Shown: positions 44,001 to 57,508 of the stretch, piece after piece
Layout: each line of letters opens with the position of its first letter
Numbering within the stretch: position 1 is the first letter of the stretch
Assembly (NCBI GenBank): GCA_013239625.1
Contig: MU054187.1
Coordinates: 10,065,231 to 10,129,230 of the forward strand
Origin: Lama guanicoe
Lineage: Eukaryota
Length of the DNA: 64,000 bases
Direction of reading: 5' to 3'
Position numbers and translations under genes: made by a program
Notes under the pieces: model-generated
What the model was told of the DNA's origin: nothing
Databases searched by the model: none
Seen by the model: the letters and a program-made list of their open reading frames with translations, nothing else

Positions 44001-44186
44001 ATGTAACCTTACTATCAATCCAGTTCAACATCCTAGTTTTACAGAGGAAACTAAGGTCCAGGGACTTGACTGCACTGCACTGTAACAGAACTGGGATTTA
44101 AATCCAGGATCCCAGATTCCCCTTCCAGTGAGCTCTCTGTTAAAACATAACTTATATTAGCATTTTGGAGAGGAAATATGTATTTT

Positions 44187-44195
44187 TATATATAT

Positions 44196-44230
<35 letters not shown>
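44187..44230. repeat. (TA)n microsatellite, one interruption
   Basis: Seen directly. Confidence 0.95.
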
Positions 44231-45694
44231 ATCTAATCCACACTATTTAGTATATTAAAAGTATGTTTTAACACAGAAAATCTGTTCTCAAAAACTAAAA
44301 CTTTAGTTTGAACTCTTAAGTTCTTTAACCTGCAAGTTATTCATAAACCTACACATAACAATTCTTTTAAAAATTTCAAGAATCATTTCTTCTCTCACCC
44401 CACCCCGATTTAGTAATTACTCCTTTCAGGACCCAGATATAAATTCAATTTTTACCACCATACAACGTCTTCTCATACACCAGAAACAGTCTTTCACTAG
44501 CTACAGGAATAACAAAAGGTGAACTTCTAATCCACAAAGGGTAAAAAAAGCTAAACTTAAACTCCTGATATATAAAATTCAAAAAATTTTAATCAAATTT
44601 CTTCGATAATGTCTTTCATATCACTCTAAAGGATCCCTAAAAGGAAAAAACAGTACAGCTTATTATATCAAGTTAAAGACTTCTATTTATTTTAGTAATT
44701 AAAAGGCAAAGTTGTTTTTAAGCTATCCTGACCCTTTACTTTAGCACACATCTAAGTTATCCTGGAATGTTTTCTCCTTCCAGAATGCTTTTTCTTCCCC
44801 AAAGCGCACTTAACACGCTTCGTTTTCTCATCAATTGCATGTAATCTATTTTCAGTGCTATGAAATAAAGCGCAAGCATTAGAATTCATCTTTGTTTTTA
44901 ATATCCTGGTATCTCCTAAACGATTTCATCCTTGATGGATGCAAGAGATTTATCAGTGGTCCCTCTTTAACAATGCCTCATCTGCCTGCTCTCGCTGTAG
45001 GTATTGTTTGGATTTAACCCTGCTATGGGCTTCATCACACTAAATCTCTTTCATCTGAACTATAAATCACAATTCAAGCTTGAGAGCAGCTGCCACTGTC
45101 CGGACATGTGGCTGGTGGGTGTCATTGTCCTTCTCATTTTCCCCATTTCAAACCCTCCCTTCCTCGTCACTAAAGCCACTTATCTAAAGGTCCTTCCCTT
45201 CCCCGCTTTTATCTCGCCACCCCCACCCCTTAACCTCAGGTCTTGTTCTTCCAGGTCAGCCCAGTTGGATACAACATTACTCTATGTTTTTCCTGTGGCG
45301 GAGGCGGAGAGATGTCAGAACAGGCTGCACCTCCTGCAAACCCCTTCTCTAGACTGTCAACAAGGGAACAACTTCAGCCTATCTTCCCAAAGTGCCACGC
45401 CAAACGACAAAGTTATTGAAATTACCATACGGCACCCTTCCCATGCCTAATTTTGACAAATCAGCTCCACCTCAATTTTCCAAGCTAATAAACAACAGCT
45501 CATCTTCTGCCTCATCACCGCACGATCCACCAACAAAATCTCCTCTTACTCAAGTCGATCCCCAGCCCTGCCACGTTCCCGGAGCCCAGCTAACCGCCCT
45601 TCCTTCTCCACCCTGTCTCTGCCCCACATCCAGCCGAGTTACTGTCAACTCCAGCCAGATGGCCCAAAGCTTCGCGAGGGGCTCCCCGAGGTCA

Positions 45695-45979
<285 letters not shown>

Positions 45980-46308
45980 TCAGGAAGGGGCGGGCGAGTG
46001 AGGCCAGCTGCGGTGCGGACGACGGAGGGCCGCGGAGGTCTTCACCGCCCCCCGAGGGGCCGCCCCGAAGGGCCGCGCCTGTGGGAACTCCGCTTCTCCC
46101 GGCCCGGGGCTCCCTTCCCGGCCACCCTCCTCACTCGCCCCTCCGGCCCGGGGGAGGCGAGGGAGCCCAGCCCGGCGGCCGTCAGCCGGGGGCCGAGGGA
46201 CAAGGCGGCGGCTCAGAGGCCCGGCGAGAGCAGGGCTGCCCTGGCTACTGAGGGGATTAGCACCCGCCGTGGCCGCGGACTGGCCTCCATCACCGCCGAC
46301 CTGCCCCG

Positions 46309-46320
46309 GCCGCCATGTTG
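46309..46320 (-). promoter_or_regulatory. YY1-type motif CAACATGGCGGC near the presumed TSS
   Basis: Plus strand GCCGCCATGTTG matches the YY1 consensus (AANATGGCGGC). Confidence 0.6.
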
Positions 46321-48249
46321 GGAGGAAACGACGCGTCACGCAGCGGCCGAACGGCTGCAGAGGAGGAAGCGGCGGCGGCGGCGGCGTTGGCTGCCCAGAG
46401 CTGCCGCGGCGCCGGGGGGCGGAGGGCGGTGCGGGAGGAGAGGCCCGAGCCGCAGCGCTACGGCGGCCCGGCGGGGCCTCGCCGCCTCCCGCGTTCGCCT
46501 GGAGGGCGGCGTGGGGCGTGGCGGGCGTCCTGCGGCGCCGCGCCGAGCGCTTCGGGCTCCTCCCGGCAGCCCAGCTTTGGCTCCGAGGATCCCCCGCCCC
46601 GCCCGGGACCTCTGCCCCCGCCCAGTGAACGGGAGTCTTGGCTCAGCTGCATCCACTTCTCCGACTTTCTGGAGATCGCGTTGGTGGGCACGCAGTCCCT
46701 GCCGCTCAAGGGGTCACGGAAACACCTGCATCGCCCATGCTCAGCTGCACTGTTTTCACCTGCCGCGCTCGGCTATAAATTTCGTTACCGGCTTCAAGAA
46801 ACTGCTATCCAGGACCGTGCCCTCCGACTATCTCAGGGAGAATTCTCTCTTGGGAAGAGTAGAACCAATGTGACAGGGACTCAGGAATGTTTCACTTTTT
46901 TCTTTTTCTATCTCCGTAGGATAAATCGTAAACTCTGGATTTCAGATCCCTTCTGAACTGAGTCTAAAGTTAAGGGAACAGGTGAATGCGTCTGATTGAT
47001 GAGGTCCTTTAGAGCTCTGTTTCTGTGCCTTTAATACTAAGACTCGTTTCAGGACGTGAAAACCAGTTTCAGAATATAAAAGCTTTAAGTACAAACAGAT
47101 AACCGCAGACACACATGTGACCGTGTCTCTGCTTTAATACCAAAGAATAATACAGATTTCAACAGTGTTTCGTTCAGAGAAGAAAATTATAAAGATTACT
47201 ATTAAACTATATGTAAAGAATTTATTTACATAATCTAGGTGCACATCTCCGAGTTCAAAGGCTCTACTCACACTTGGTCCCAAATTGTTAGAATATGCCT
47301 CTCACAGTTCTGATCTATTTGATTACCTTGACTATGGACTTGTCCTAATGCAACCATCCAAACTCAAGAATGGACAGGCTGTGAAGTGACAAGATTTGGG
47401 TCAGCCTAAAAACCATGGAAACCTTGAAGGCGATCTTGAATTGAAGTGGACAAGTAGATAAATGTTTGAAACTTTCTTGTCCTGAGAAACATATCTGTAA
47501 ATTAATTTCACTCTAAAGACTATGTCTGGATTCCTGGAAGTTAGAGATTCAGTATACTAGATCAGACATAGTATTGATTTCTGTGTACACTCTCATAGAT
47601 TGTAAACATTTTTAGAACAATCTCCATTTTTAATTGATCCTTGTTTCTTCATAATGCCGGTGTTGTGCCAGGTACTGTTCCAAGTGCTGGCTGATCACCA
47701 AATCTATTTACTCTACTTCCTCAGTACAGAGGAAGTGTTGTGTTCCCTAGCCTCCCTAGCAGTTAAGTGTAGCCATGTAGATTTAGCTCATTAAAAGAAA
47801 AAAAAAAAGAAAAATCTCCCATAAGCAATCTTCCATGCTTTTCCCCTTCAATGGCCACATGCTGAAGATGGCAGAGCTACAAGTAAAAGGAGCCTGGGTC
47901 CCTGAATTACCACTTGATGGAGAGTCATCTGATCAAGAAACTTTGTTTTGAACTTTACATGTGCAAAGTAAACTCGAGTTATGCTTAGCAGCTAGCTTTA
48001 GCCTAAGCAATACACTTGGCATTCATTAATGAACAACACAGACATAAATCTCAGCTCTTAAACAGAGTCTACTGCCTAGCACATATCACAGGCTTGTCTG
48101 CTTACTTGTTTATTGATTGGTTATCCGTTCCCTCTTGAGAGCAAGGACCTCACTGTCTATTCATTTCTGTATACCTAACATCTAGTATAGTCCATGGCAG
48201 AGAGAAGGCCTTTGGTATAAACTTGTTGAATAGAAACTTGGATGAAAAT

Positions 48250-49150
48250 GAAAGACACTGGGCTAAGTCCGGTGCGAACCTTGCCCTCGTGGAGTGTACC
48301 GTATATAGGAGGGGAAAAGTTAATAAATAAGTAAATCACAAGTGAATAGATAATTCCAAATGTGTTAAGTATGATTAAAGTGCAATGAGGAGATCTACTT
48401 TAGATTTTGGACTCAGAAATGACATTTAAACTGAGGCCTGAAGGTAGAGTAGAAACTAGTCAAACTAAGTCAGGAAAGAACTCTCCTGGCAGTCCCTTGG
48501 GGTAGGGGGAAAGCTTGGCAAATTTCAGGAACCAAAACAAGGTCATATGGCTGAACATTATCAAGGGGAAATGGTGCCAGTAAAGATAAAGAGGGAAGAA
48601 GGAACCAGATCATACAGAAACTTGTAGGTCATGTTAAGGGTTTGGGATTTCATCCCAGTAGCAAGAGAAATCTATTGAAGGGTGAAGTAGGGTGTGAAAT
48701 GATCAAATTAGTGATTTATAAGTCATCCCTCTACTTTGTAGAATACATTGGAAGGGGACAAGAATGGATGTAGGCAGAACAGTGAGAAGATGATTACAGC
48801 AGTGCAGCATGGCTTGGCCTATGGCCCAGGATCATCATGCAAGGTTTGGGAGACCATGCCCCGCCCAAAGGTAGCAAAGTAGGGCAGGGCTTCAGCTCCA
48901 GCGTCTGCCCAGAGAAAGGGGCTCCTTTTTCTAACTTGCATAAATGTTAGATAGACCAGTGGTATCTGAGTGATGGCCGTGGACATGTTGCAAAGTGGAC
49001 AGATTTGAAAGAGATATGCTTTGGTGGCAGAGTGGACAGAATTTAGCCATGAAGTGGAGTGAAGATAAGAGAAAGGAAGAGATCACAAATGAATGCCATG
49101 TTTCTGACCAGAGCCTTCGAATGAGTAGAAATGCACTTTGTGGGGACGGC
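48250..49150 (-). mobile_element. L2 LINE fragment(s)
   Basis: gacatttaaactgaggcctgaagg...ggaaccagatcata...cttgtaggtcatgttaaggg; boundaries approximate. Confidence 0.6.
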
Positions 49151-50219
49151 TTAGACTAGGGCAGGAGCGTGTGTGAGGGTGAAGGTACAGTCTCCAGTTT
49201 TAAAAGAATCGACTCCTCTGAGACATGCTCTGACCCTCTCAGAAGGAATGGCCTGCACCCTCCTTTGTCCCAGAGGACAGTTCATCCTCCTCCTTTGCTG
49301 AGTCTAAGACTTCACCCAAAAGGTGGTGGTGATGGGGAGATTGGTGTGCAGTCTTAGGAGTGGACATTCACCCAACTTGAAACTCACATGATTAACTCTT
49401 ACCTCCCTGGAGCAAAAAATAGGGTAAGACTAAAATAAAGCTCATGTCCTTGGAAGATAAATAGACAATATTTTTAGTTGTTTATTCATAAGTATAGGAG
49501 AAGGGGGAAAGGGTGGGGTTGCCAGGCTCAGGCAATTTTTACACTAATATTTCTCTGTACATGTATTTCCTTTTATTTTTTATTATTGTTGCTTGGTGCT
49601 TATCCAATCTATTTAAATAAAAAATTCAGTTTCAGTATTTACTTGCATTTGCCTCGTTGTTCTCAAAATATTCAAATTCTGTTTCTGAAATGCCTATCAT
49701 CCTCTACATTTTAAAATATATGTCCCTTATACACGATTGCTTTGCTAAGTCCATTTTTGCCTCTGTCTGCAATCTCACCTTCCTATCACTTAATTACCCC
49801 TCTTCATTTTCCTTTTCGTCTATAACTTTGCTGTATGTTAGCTGCCTTGAGTTTTTCTCTTTGGATAATAGTCCCACTTTTGTTCCAAAGAGTTAAATAA
49901 TATCAAACAATGAAAGACTTTGACCTGGGTTTTTCAGCATCTGGTCAGCGTACTTTATCATCATCCTTTAAAATACAGATAGAAGTTCAGTGTAACATGA
50001 AAATTAAATAAAATCTGAATAAAATTAATTAATGCTGAGTATATCTGATTGATGGTAAAAGCCAAGATTAGTTAACATCAAAAATAGCATCATAATTCAC
50101 TTGCCAAAAAAAAAAAACTATGATGAGTCTTTCACATGATCTCTAAATTCTATTACTTTCAAAACATTCTACAATCTGACCCTTCCCTGACTTTTCAATT
50201 AATGTCTCAATGGTAATGG

Positions 50220-50430
50220 CAATAATTAACATTTACATAGAGCTTGTTATGAGCCAGGCACAATAACTCAAGTGAAGAAGTTTCCATTATTATCCCTAAT
50301 TTATCGATAAAGAAACTGAGATACAGAGAATTTAGATAACTTGCCCACATCATGCAATTAATATGCAGTGGAGCCAGTATTCCAATTTGGAAAGTCTGGC
50401 TCCAGAGCCCATACCCTAAACAGCTAAGCT
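50220..50430 (-). mobile_element. MIR SINE
   Basis: aagaaactgagatacagagaatttagataacttgcccacatcatgca. Confidence 0.72.
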
Positions 50431-50899
50431 ATCCTGCTTCTCCAAACAGTCTTTTCTTATAAATTCCTTCCTTGCCCACTTCCTCCTCCACTGAAATATG
50501 GATGTCGCCACTCAAATTCCAGCCCATTCCTCCTCCAAACCCACCCCCTTCCTTCCTTTCATCCCCATACTACATGTCCATCCAAACACCAAGATTTTCT
50601 GCACCTGTAAGCCTTTGTTTGTCATCCGGCAGTCCAGAGCACCCACCACCACCTTTCCTTTGCTCTCCCCAAAGACTTCCCAACCTTCAAAGCCTCGTTG
50701 AAATTCATCCTCTTATAAGTTTTTTCCCTTTACCTCCAACAGCACCAATCCCTCCCTTTTCTACACTTTTATGGCTTTGTCTGTCTCATACCTTATACCT
50801 AATATATATCAATGGTAGTGCTTAATCAGACTGCAAATTTCTGAAGACCAGGAATGTAAGAAAAGATAAAGGAGACAACTTAGTAAAAGATGGGAAACA

Positions 50900-53225
50900 T
50901 TGATTAAACACAAAAACATACCGGTTCCTTCATCTTGGAAATGCAGGCTGGTTCAGTATTAGAAAATAAAGCAATGTAACTGACCACACTGACAGACAAA
51001 AAAGTAAAAACTGTATGATCATATCAATTGATGGAGAAAAAAGCACTTGGCAGTATTCAACACTTATTCATGATAAAAAAAAACTCTTTGTAAACATTCT
51101 CAATCCAATGAAGGACATCTTCAAAAGAAACCAACATCATGCTTAATTGTAAAAAAAAATTCAACAATGAAAAACTGAATGCTAAGATTGGAAACAAGGC
51201 AAAGATACTCATTCTTGCTACTCCAATTCAATCTCATACTGGAGGTCCTAGCCAGAACAATAAAGCAAAAGAAAGAAAAAACACACAGTTGGAATGGAAG
51301 AAACAAACTGCCCTTATTGACAGTCAATGTAATTGTCTATGTAGAAAATCCCAAGGAATCTACCAAACTATGCCTAGAACTTATAATTGAGTTTAATGAG
51401 GTCAAGATTCAAAGTCAGCACATGAAAATCTATTTTATTTTTATATATTATTCACATGCATTTGGAAGTCAAAATTTAAGAAATAACATTTACAACAGAG
51501 GCAAAAAATGAAAGGCTTAATTATAACTCTAACAAAATATATATAGGATCTTATGATGAAAACAAACAAAAAGTGCTGATGAAAGAACTCAAAGACCTAA
51601 GTAAATGGAGAGACATACCATGTTCTTGGACTGGAAGACACTGTAAAGATGTTAACTAACCCTTAAGTTTAGTATAATTCTAATTCTGTAGTTATAAAGA
51701 AGCTGATTCTAAAATTTGTATGGAGAGGCTATATAACTAGAAGTGTCATAACAATTTTTAAAAAGAATAAAATTGGATGAATCATAACACCCAATATTAA
51801 GTCTCAAATAAAGTTGTGATAATCAAGACGTGCAATACTGGCGAAGGGATAGCTATATAGATCACAGAACAGAACAGAAAGCCAGCTATAGACTCATAGA
51901 AACATAGCCAATTGACTTTTGACTAAGGTTCAAAGGCAAGTCAGTGAAGAAAGGACAGTCTTTTCAAGAAATGGTGTTGAAAAAATTAGACATTCATGTG
52001 TGGAAAAAAAAAAAGCCTCAACCTAAATTTCATACTTTATACAAAAATGAACTCAAAATAAATCATAGATCTAAATGTAAAATGTAAAGCTTTCAGAAAT
52101 AAATATAGGCTAAGATCTTCATGAGCTGGGGTTAGGCAACAGTTTCTTAGATGTTACACCAAAAGCATGATTCATTAAAAAAAATGGATAAATTAGACTT
52201 TACAAAATTTGAAACTTTTGCTCTGTGGGAGACACTGTTGAGAGAGTAAAAAGACAAGCTTCAAAATGGGAGAAAATATTTGAAAATCAGATACCTGACA
52301 AATAACTTGTATTCAAAAATACATATTTTTTAAATTCTCAAAACTCATTTAAAAAAAACCCCAGCTTTTTAAAGTATGTAAAAAACTTGAACAGACCTCT
52401 CACTAAAGAGGGTATACAAAGACAAATAAGCATGGGAATAGATGCTTAATATCATTAACCATTAAGAAAATACAATTTAAGACCAAAATGAGATACTACC
52501 ACACACAAATTAGAATAGCTAAAATTAAAAATGTTGATGATATCAAGTGCCAGAAAGGATGTGAAAGAATTTGAACCCACATTGCTGGCAGAAATGCAAA
52601 ATGGTACACAGCTACTCCTGGGAAACAGTTTAGTAGTTTCTTATAAAATTAAACACTTAGTGCGTGACCCAGCAATCCCACTCCTGGATATTTACCCTAG
52701 GGGAATTAAAAGCTACATTCACACAAAAACTTGTACGTATATGTTTATGGAAATTCTATTCATACTCACTAAAAACTGGAAAGAACTCATATCTCTTTCA
52801 CTGAGTAAATAGATAAACAGTGGTACATCCATGTAATGGAATAGTATTCAGCAATACAAAAGAACAACTTATTGACACGTGCAACAACTTGGATGATTCT
52901 CAAAGACATTATGCTGAGTGAAAGAAGCCAGGCTCAAAAGGTTTCATACTGTTTGATTCCTTTTTATGACCTTCTCAAAAAGGCAAAACTCCCAGGACAA
53001 AAACTGTCAGTGTTTATCAGCTGTTGTACATGGAGATGGGGGTGTCTTTAGGGATAACACAAGGGTGATTTCTGTTTTGTTTTGTTTTGTTTTGTGGGGA
53101 GCTGGTAGAAATGTTCTGTATTCTGATTATGGTGATGGTTACATGAATCTATACATATATGTGTTCCAATTCATAGAACTGTTCACTGGAAAAAGCCAAT
53201 TTTACTGTATGGTAATTTAAAAAAC
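50900..53225 (+). mobile_element. Old L1 (L1MB-MD-type) ORF2 3' half plus 3' UTR
   Basis: RT-like peptide 51179..51511 (LRLETRQ..LLQFNLILEVLARTIKQ..IVYVENPKEST); C-terminal 52531..52812 (DPAIPLLDIYP); many stops. Confidence 0.85.
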
Positions 53226-54989
53226 CCTCTACCTTTGGCACCACCAAATATCAATTTTACCTCTATAAAACTAATAAATGAGAAACCAGGTAAGAGAGAG
53301 ATGATTTATTCTAGAAATTTTTAGGTAATTGAAAGGAACATGGGCTTAAATATCAAGCAGTAGAAAAATAGAAGTAGGATTGCAGGGAGTAGGATCTGGT
53401 TAGTAAACAGCCTAAATCATCCAGATAGGTCATGATTGGAATTTTCTGGGTAATTACACAGGATGCCACTCACCTACAAGTAAGCAAGACTCTTGGAGTG
53501 CATAAATAATTCCACTGCAATAAATTAAATTTTTTGAAACTCTGCACGAACACTTACATACTTTCAAAGCTCACTTTAGTGATTTACCACTGTCTCAACC
53601 TGAAAGAGTTTCTATAATTTCCTAACACACCAGGTGTCTGTAATCCCAAGGGAATTCCTTACACACCAGGAGACAGCAAGGATTGTTTCATTTTTGATAT
53701 ATCAGCACTGGTGTGTAGCTAAGTAGAATCTCTTAATTTATTGAAACGTCTAAGAAAAATTTACATTTATTACAGGAATAATAACAATTTAGTCTTTATC
53801 TTGCATATAAATATGTTTCCTCTGTGGCTGGAAAACTGGATTATCATTTGTTTTCATTTGCGGTTTTTAGAGTTGTCAGTTCCAATTATATAAATTTAAG
53901 GCTACCTTTAGAGACTAGTTAAATAAACTGCGGCACATCCATCTAATGGCATACTCCGTAGCCATAATAAAGAGTGCGGATACTAAAAGCATCCTCATTA
54001 AAAATGTACTGATATGAAATGATCTCCAATATTCATTAGGTGTAAAAAAATGCAAACATCAGAATAGTCAGCATAATGTGCCAAAATTTGGGCAAAAATG
54101 GGGAAAAAGTTTATACACACACACACAAACACATACATGTGTATTCACTTATAGTATTTGCTAAGAATATTTCTGGGAGAATACAGAAGTGGTGATTTAG
54201 GTGTTCAGGGATGAGAGCTGGGATATATCATTGATGATCATTTTATATCTTTTATATTTTGAAACCTGTATATGCAATGCTTATGAAAAAAATAAAAGTA
54301 TTCCCTTTTTTTGAAAGAATGTGTATTTTATAAAAATGAATTGCCTAGAAAAAGAAGAAATAATAATTCAATTTCCTTCTTGGAGGCCAACATTCTCACT
54401 CAATAGATATGAATAAATTTCTCACTGTACATATTTGTCTGATTTGTTTTTCTTCTCAAAAAGAATATTTAAAGTGTGTAGAATCCTTTGACTACTCTAA
54501 TATCTTGCTATTCGAAGTATTGTTCGAGGACTGGTAGCACTGAGAGCTGGCTGGAAATGCAGAATCCTCATGTACCACTCCAGACCTACCAAATCAGAAT
54601 CAGCACTTAACAAGATCCCCCCAGGGGATTTATGTGCTCCTTAAAGTGTGAGAAAATACTGCTCCAACTGGCTGGCCAGAGTTGGAGGAAGACAATACCA
54701 ATTGCCCAATAGGCTATTAGACAAGTTGATGGTCTATCAGGACAGAGAAAGGTCACTGAGCAGACCTTGTGAAGTTTATTGAAGAATCAAAGGAAATCTT
54801 AGAAAGATCCTGAAACCTAAGGTCAAAAGGGAAATCCCAGCTCCTGGGTGTAAATTAAAACACAATATATTGTCTAGTTAATTTGAATAACCCCAGATTC
54901 TTATAAAATTATCGTTGGAGTTCCCCAAAGAGTTGCAGCCATTAGCAACTTCAAAACCTAAACCACAGTAAATTAAAAGTCTTGGCAGG

Positions 54990-55620
54990 CATCTGTCTGC
55001 TTTCAATCGAGTCTCCCAGCTTCTGGCCTCCCTCCCCACCCCATCCCACTACCATTTCTACAACCGTAAGAATGATTCTTCTAAAATGGAAGTCAGAATC
55101 TGTCACTTCTGCAATCGCACCCTTCAAGGGCTCCCCATTTTGCTCAGGAAGAGGCAGACCTAAGGCAAAGCTACAAGGCTCTAGGCAAAATGCGCCTCCC
55201 CCGTCGTCACTCAGCCACGCTCTGCTTGGTTGGCTCAGCTCCAGCCTCCTGGCCTCCTTGCTAGTCCCTGAACCTGTCAAGCATGCTCTGCTTCCAGATG
55301 TTTGTACCTGCTCCCTCTGTCTAGGCTCATCTTCCTTCGGATCCTCCAAGGCTCACTTCAGGGCTCTGCTCAAGCATTATCTGAGAAGCGAGGGCTTCCC
55401 TGACCAGCTGCATGGTCTCCACTCCTCCGTCCCCCTCACTCTGCCTCATTTTCCCCATAGCACTTAACAGGTCTTGCACTATCTATTGCTTTGACTTTTG
55501 TTGGTGTGTTTGTTTTTCCCCTCTAGTCCTCAGAGGGTAGGACTTTATTTTGATTATGACCATATCTGCAGTGCCTAGAAGAGGGATAGTTGTTGAATGA
55601 ATGAAAGAATGAATGAACAA
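54990..55620 (+). mobile_element. L2 LINE 3' end
   Basis: Ends gtgcctagaa...gttgaatgaatgaaagaatgaatgaa (L2 tail). Confidence 0.7.
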
Positions 55621-55627
55621 ATGATCC

Positions 55628-55995
55628 TGTCTCAGCCACGGCTGCCATAACACCATGGACTGGGTGGCTTAAACAACGGAAATTCATTTCTCATAGTTCT
55701 GGAAGCCAGAAGTCAGAGATCAGGTGCTAGCTGATTGGGTTTCAGGAGAGGACCCTCTTCCTGGCTCCCAGGTGGCCGCCTTCTCGTTGTGTCTTTACCT
55801 GGCTTTTCCTCAGTGTGTGACCATGAAGAGATCTCTCTCTTCTTACAAAGCTGCTGATCCTATTGGATAGGATCCCACCCTAACGACCTCATTTAACGTT
55901 AACTATCTCTTAAAAACTCTATCTCTAGACAGTCACATTGGGAGGTAGGGCTTCAACAGATGAACTGCAGGGGGAACACAGTTTAGTCCACAGCA
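55628..55995 (-). mobile_element. MLT1A-like LTR
   Basis: ggctgccataaca..actgggtggcttaaacaac..ttctcatagttctgga...gggggaacacagtttagtccacagca. Confidence 0.8.
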
Positions 55996-56618
55996 GACCC
56001 CATAACCAGTTCACTCCCACTATCGTCCAAGGAGTTGATGACTCAGGCTGCATTTCCTTTTTATTTCTTATCCCATTCAAGGCTGCATTTGATGTTTATT
56101 TTAACATAATTTGCCCTGAACAAAAATGCTGTGGCCAGGGGATGTGATTTGGCATGATTTTCCCTAGGTATGTGTAGGGGCGGCTCCGGACTTGGGAGAG
56201 ATGGGAGCTTGTGCTAGGTCTCTCACAGCCAATAGTCAGACATCCTTGAATACATGTTTTTAAACATTGGGGGGAAAAAAAGAATTCAGAGTGTTCGTTG
56301 CAGTTACTTCTCAGTCCCTTATCTTCCTTAACTTAGAACTTAATGAAAGTTACTTTATAAAATAGAAGATAATTGCAGCTGCTCTGAAATGCTATGTGTC
56401 CACACCATTGAGCAGTGCGGAAACCTTTCCTGTTTGCCAACTGTCTCTGCAATTGTTGTGTAAGTATTAAGAACAACTTATAAAAGAAATGTGTTTCTGC
56501 AAACATTACGTCTCTTCTAGAACTGTAAACCTCCTTATTGTATGAGTTGGTTTTTGATCCCGGTCATTAGAATCACCTATGGACAAGTTTCAAAGTTTCA
56601 ACATGCAAATGCCTAGAA

Positions 56619-57387
56619 TGACAAAGAATCTCTCCCTGACCAAAGTCTAGTCAGACTCCTCTGAGTCCTCTTCTCAGCCAGTCCTGAACCTTGGCCTAGG
56701 AAACCCTCAGACTCCGTGGGAGTGACTTGCCTTTCCCTGCCCTGTCCACCCCACAGTCTAAGTGACTTGAAGAAACGCCACATGGTTTCTAGCAACTCAA
56801 GGCCGCATCCCTTTAAATTCCTGCCTGAGCAAGCTCAGCGTTGCCAGGAGAATTTACTGTTTGTTCCAACCCAACCCTGGTGGCAGGCAGATAAGCCCCC
56901 AAGCCCCCTCTTAGAGCAGTTACTTTAGAAAGTTTGCAATTATAAATCCTTTCCCTGTTCCTTTGAGATGTTAATCTCTATGACCCAGAACGGTCTACTC
57001 AAGAATCTCAAGAATCTCTTTGCAATGCAATCGTTTAAGGAGCTAGGTCTCACTCTATTTCCGGTCCCCAAGGGAGGGTAAGGGGCTAACTTTTGTGGGT
57101 ACAATGCACTAACTTGCACCACTCTCCTATTTTAAAGATAGGAGAGGCTTGTTTCTCCTCCGGGTAAGTGCCAATTCACCAACCTGGATGGCCTAGTCAC
57201 ACAGACCCTTAACACTTCTGAGTGCCTTTCCCTTTGCCTACCCCATCTTTAAAAACTCTCTTGCCTTTTCTTTGGACAAAGTTGATTTCAGTTCATGCTG
57301 GACTGTCTGCCCTATTGCAATAGTTCTGACTGAATAAAATCTACACTTACTGCTTTAACTAGTGTACAGATTTCTTTATCTTTGACA
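56619..57387 (+). mobile_element. ERV1 solo LTR (MER31-like)
   Basis: TGACAAAGAATCTCTCCCTGACCAAA start; AATAAA then TTTGACA end. Confidence 0.72.
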
Positions 57388-57508
57388 GGAGCACCCCCAA
57401 GTTTCTGTTTCAGTGGATCTAGGATGGGGCCTCAGTATCAGAATTTTATAAAATCTCCAAAAAGTGTCTTCTGATGCACAGTCAGGATTGCAAATAACTG
57501 CTATAGGA

